Shown in pieces: positions 60,497-64,000 of a stretch of 64,000 nt of DNA. This stretch comes from Phaeosaccion multiseriatum (lineage: Eukaryota > Protista > Ochrophyta, other classes), in the NCBI GenBank assembly GCA_965112735.1, contig OZ218961.1, positions 496,001 to 560,000 on the forward strand, given 5' to 3'. The notes under the pieces are model-generated. The model was given only the letters and a program-made list of their open reading frames with translations, had not been told where the DNA came from and did not search any database. Each line of letters opens with the position of its first letter. The first letter of the stretch is position 1. Both the position numbers and the translations under genes were made by a program.

Positions 60497-61316
60497 AGTG
60501 TTGATTTTGTGTAAATAACCATCCGAGGACAGAGTGCAGCAGCAAGACACATACGTAGCGAGGGCGGCGGTAGGCATAGCCTGTTGGGTAAGGCCGGGCG
60601 GGGCAAGGGGAGGATACTTAAATTGATAAGGAGAGCCTTGGCAACCTTATTCAATTTATATGTAATTACACACAAAGCCATCATCTTCTGTGTACATTCG
60701 CTTCTTCAGTGCCTGCTGCAGCCTCGTCGATGCCTTGCGGCGCACACACGCACACACACACACACACACTTCTTAGGTTTCGATAGGTTGATTTCCTCAG
60801 TCAGATGGCATAGCTCGCTCGCCAACCGTCCATCGCAGATTGCTTCCCCCATGCCTCCTTCTCTACGCACATCACCTCTCTTCTGAGCTGCGTGGCGAGC
60901 TCCTACTTCCCTTCTCTCTGCCTCCCAAACGAAAGGAAGGGTTGGTGGTACGACATAGTTGTTGCCAAGAAGGGTTGCTTACGAAAGCACTACGTAAGAT
61001 TATGTCTTTGCAACTTTCCTCTCTTCTTGTAAGTAAGTGTGTGTCCCGGATCAAGACGGAACAAGTAAGACCACTCCAAAGAACATTGGCGCCTCTCTTT
61101 GGGGGGGGGGCATCTGGGAAAATTCCTCCTTGTGTTAGCTATCACTCCTTTCCTCCATGCCCCCTCATTGCCCCCCCCCCCCCCCCCTGCTTCGCTCCCG
61201 CCCTGCTGCTGCTGCCCCCGCTCAGAAGATCACCGGCTCGCAGGCAGTCGATTCGTGCGTGTCAGCAAGAGCGGATAGGCATCCCTTGCTTTCCAAGGCT
61301 GAACTTGGGCAACGCT

Positions 61317-62417
61317 ATGGAGACGAGGCTGCAGCGGCGCAGGGCTTTGGGGCAGCACGGGGAGGCAGCGCGTGACTGTGGGCAGGGGAGGAGGTGGATG
61401 AGACAGTCTTCAGCAGCATCATCAGCGGGAGGAGGTGGTGCCAGTGCTACTGTTTCATGCGTAGGAGGGAGTGGGCTGCTCTTTGAAGCTTGCCACGAAG
61501 CTTTGGCACAGCTCGAAGTGCTCCGTATCATCTTAGAGTACGTGGAAGAAGGGCGCTTCTGCTTCGTGGGAGGTGTGAGCACGCAGTGGAGGGCCAGCTA
61601 CACCGCTTTGTATCCAGGAGCGGAGACATCATTTTCATCCGTGGTCAGCTCTGAGGAGTGCTTGAACTGGGCGACAAGTCAGCAAGGCCTCGAGCTGAGT
61701 GTCAAGCTCTTCAAGGCCGGTGCCCTGTACGGAGATGTCGAAGTATGCAAGGCCCTCCATGGCAAGGACTGTCCCTGGGTTGAAGCTGTGTATCACGAAA
61801 CAGCGTTCAATAGAAAGCATGGCCTGGGAGTACTGAAGTGGCTGCGCTCGGAGGACGTTCCCAGCAAGGAGCCGTACCCATGGAGCAGGAACGGCACCGA
61901 CATGCTAAGCTTGGCTGCGAAGGAAGGGCACCTGGAGATGCTCAAGTGGCTCATATTGGAGGGTCATGCATCATTTTATGAGCAGTGTTGGAACGACGCA
62001 TGTTGGGGTGGGCATATTCCCGTCGTGGAATGGCTTCTGGACCATCCTCCCACGAGAGCCGTGCTGGAAGATAATGATTATGAAGAGTGGCGCCATGGGG
62101 CTTGGTTTGCAGCTGCAAAGGGCCGCCTCGAGTTGCTGCAGTTCCTCCACGCCAATGCTCGCCACCTCTGTGATTGGGATGCGGTGGTCTGTATATATGC
62201 AGTCATGTATGGTAAGAACCTTGCCGTGCTGAAATGGCTCCGTTCGGAGGAAGTGCAGTGTGAGTGGGACCAAGGCTCGTGCCCACAGGTCATCAGGGAC
62301 ACGGGGTACGAATGCTTTTGCGGGGAGGATGAGGAGTGGGACATCGACGCCAAACCCTTTGAGGAGATAAAGCAGTGGGTGCACGCCAATGGGCACCCCT
62401 GCGACTGCCAGGACTGA
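61317..62417 (+). CDS. Intronless F-box-like/ankyrin-repeat protein ANK5 (366 aa), dispersed and inverted relative to the main array
   Basis: METRLQRRR...GHPCDCQD*; 3' flank resembles that of ANK4. Confidence 0.85.
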   Translation: METRLQRRRALGQHGEAARDCGQGRRWMRQSSAASSAGGGGASATVSCVGGSGLLFEACHEALAQLEVLRIILEYVEEGRFCFVGGVSTQWRASYTALYPGAETSFSSVVSSEECLNWATSQQGLELSVKLFKAGALYGDVEVCKALHGKDCPWVEAVYHETAFNRKHGLGVLKWLRSEDVPSKEPYPWSRNGTDMLSLAAKEGHLEMLKWLILEGHASFYEQCWNDACWGGHIPVVEWLLDHPPTRAVLEDNDYEEWRHGAWFAAAKGRLELLQFLHANARHLCDWDAVVCIYAVMYGKNLAVLKWLRSEEVQCEWDQGSCPQVIRDTGYECFCGEDEEWDIDAKPFEEIKQWVHANGHPCDCQD

Positions 62418-63461
62418 AAGGAGAACACGCTGGCGCGGAAGTGACAGAAAGACGCGAGACAGATGGCAAAGAGCCCGCTTTCTCTTTCACTGCCTTACCA
62501 AAGGCTGGGCGGGCGAGTGCCAGTAAGTCAGTAAGTGCGGGTCAGTGGAGAGCTGGATGGACGGTCGTGGCTGGTTCCCTTCGAGGAGCTGTAGATGTGC
62601 TATCATGCGGCTCTAACAGCATCACAGCAGAGGCAGGCACGTGAAGACATCCTCGCTGTGGTATCTTCGCCGGACACCTTGCGCTCTCCGGCTGGTGGGC
62701 TGGGGGCACTCATTCGAGCCAGGCAGGCAAGAGGGTAGTACAAGTATACGACCATTGGAGAGCTGGGCAGCGAGCGAAGAGTGCCTGACTCAGTGAGTGT
62801 GTGGGGCCGTCCACGTGCCTGCCGCTGCTCCAGTTGCTCTGCTCGCGCCCCTCGCTGCCCCCCTTGCGTACCTTTGCCCTGGCTGGTGAACACGTTGGTG
62901 CTACGGCTGCTTTAGAAGCGCTACGGCATGCTGAGGAGGGGCTAGGCCACGCAGAAGCGGGCACCGAGCGAGGGCTAGCTTCAAGTGGTCTATATATATA
63001 TATATATACAAACAGTACACCGCAGCTTAAAAAAAAAACTTTCCTTTGAATGTAGCCACTTAAATTACTACAATCATCTGACCGGCTCTCTTCGTCTGCT
63101 CTTGCACACCTTCCCCCCTCCCCTTGAACTGTAGTGCTTCATCCAATCAACGCTGCCTCGGCCCTTCTAGGAATCCAAAGATGCTCGAAGGTTGGCTGTG
63201 TGGGGGTGGGTGTGTCGTGGCACGGGCCCTCGGGACGAAGCTGTGTTTCCCGCCAAGATCGGCCCGAAAACAAAGGCATGATTTGCTGAAACGGGGGCAG
63301 TGGCATCCATGGAAAGGCCTGTTGTTAGCGAAGGTACACACTAACTTCTCATATCTACCGATCCTCCCGCCCTTCTCTTGCAAGCCTACACAAACACTGA
63401 CCCTCACAAACAAACCAACAGCAGCCAACCACAACTCAAAACAAACAACAAAGCTCTCACC

Positions 63462-64000
63462 ATGTTCTCTTCATCCACCATCAAGACCACCATGATTGCC
63501 GCTCTCCTCGGCGCAGCTACCACTGGCGCGGCGGCCAAGGAGTGCGAGGGAACCTACAGTGTTTCCGTGGACAACCTCACCTTCCGCCAGCCCTTCAGCC
63601 CCGTCGTAGCTGTGGCACACAACAAGGGATTCAAGGTCTTCGAGCCCATGGTGCCGGCGTCTGGACCTCTCCAGTCTGTCGCCGAGGACGGCGATGCCAG
63701 TGCCCTGGTGGAGCTCCTGGGATCCAACGACCTCGTGTGCGGCTACACGGTCGGGGAGGGGCCTCTCTTCCCTGGAGAGACGTGGGAGGGCATGCTTACG
63801 GTGTCCGAGGACTGCGATTGCGACACGCTGGCCTTCTCTACTGTGACCATGCTCATCAACACCAACGACGCCTTCATGGGAGTCAGCGCCATGCCCTTGG
63901 GCTATGAGGGGCTCTCCACCATGGCTCCTGCCTGGGACTCTGGAACGGAGGCGAACACTGAGATGGTGAGTGCGTCGTGAGGTGGGCAAGCAACTGGTAT
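63462..64000 (+). CDS. Secreted spondin-N domain protein, copy 2 (exon 1 63462-63965; continues beyond window)
   Basis: Nearly identical to 59530-60033, including ~280 bp upstream and the intron start. Confidence 0.85.

Noticed and set aside
60840-61316. N-terminal extensions of ANK ORFs in the track (also 37508-37870, 42600-42782)
   Set aside because: Non-ATG or non-conserved starts; homology among paralog proteins begins at METRLQRRR.

Overview
Eukaryotic, intron-rich, microsatellite-rich nuclear DNA. It most likely comes from an ochrophyte (photosynthetic stramenopile) alga, inferred from an RbfA with a signal peptide followed by a Phe-initiated transit peptide. The spliced housekeeping genes are a SOS1/SLC9C-like Na+/H+ antiporter 3' part with cNMP-binding domains, NIP7, plastid RbfA, an ATAD1/Msp1-clade AAA ATPase, an NSDHL-like SDR fused to cytochrome b5, a DnaJ-thioredoxin protein, a HOOK-like protein and two spondin-domain genes. 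Three islands (about 9-16 kb, 33-43 kb and 61-62.5 kb) interrupt them. The islands hold intronless, tandemly duplicated repeat-protein genes: two FNIP/LRR-repeat genes plus a remnant, and five ankyrin-repeat genes plus a pseudogene. Both families have an F-box-like N-terminal segment and near-invariant scaffolds, with hypervariable patches at the predicted binding surface and signs of module shuffling or gene conversion. This is the best candidate for an undescribed system, a diversifying set of SCF-type recognition proteins that may be immune-related; that function is inference only. Also present are a CRE-type non-LTR retrotransposon fragment, a fold-back hairpin of about 200-250 nt, a 31-copy minisatellite made from an exon/donor junction, two strongly over-represented dispersed 12-13-mers, and introns with complementary 5'/3' simple repeats. 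Exon boundaries were read by eye and are approximate where stated.
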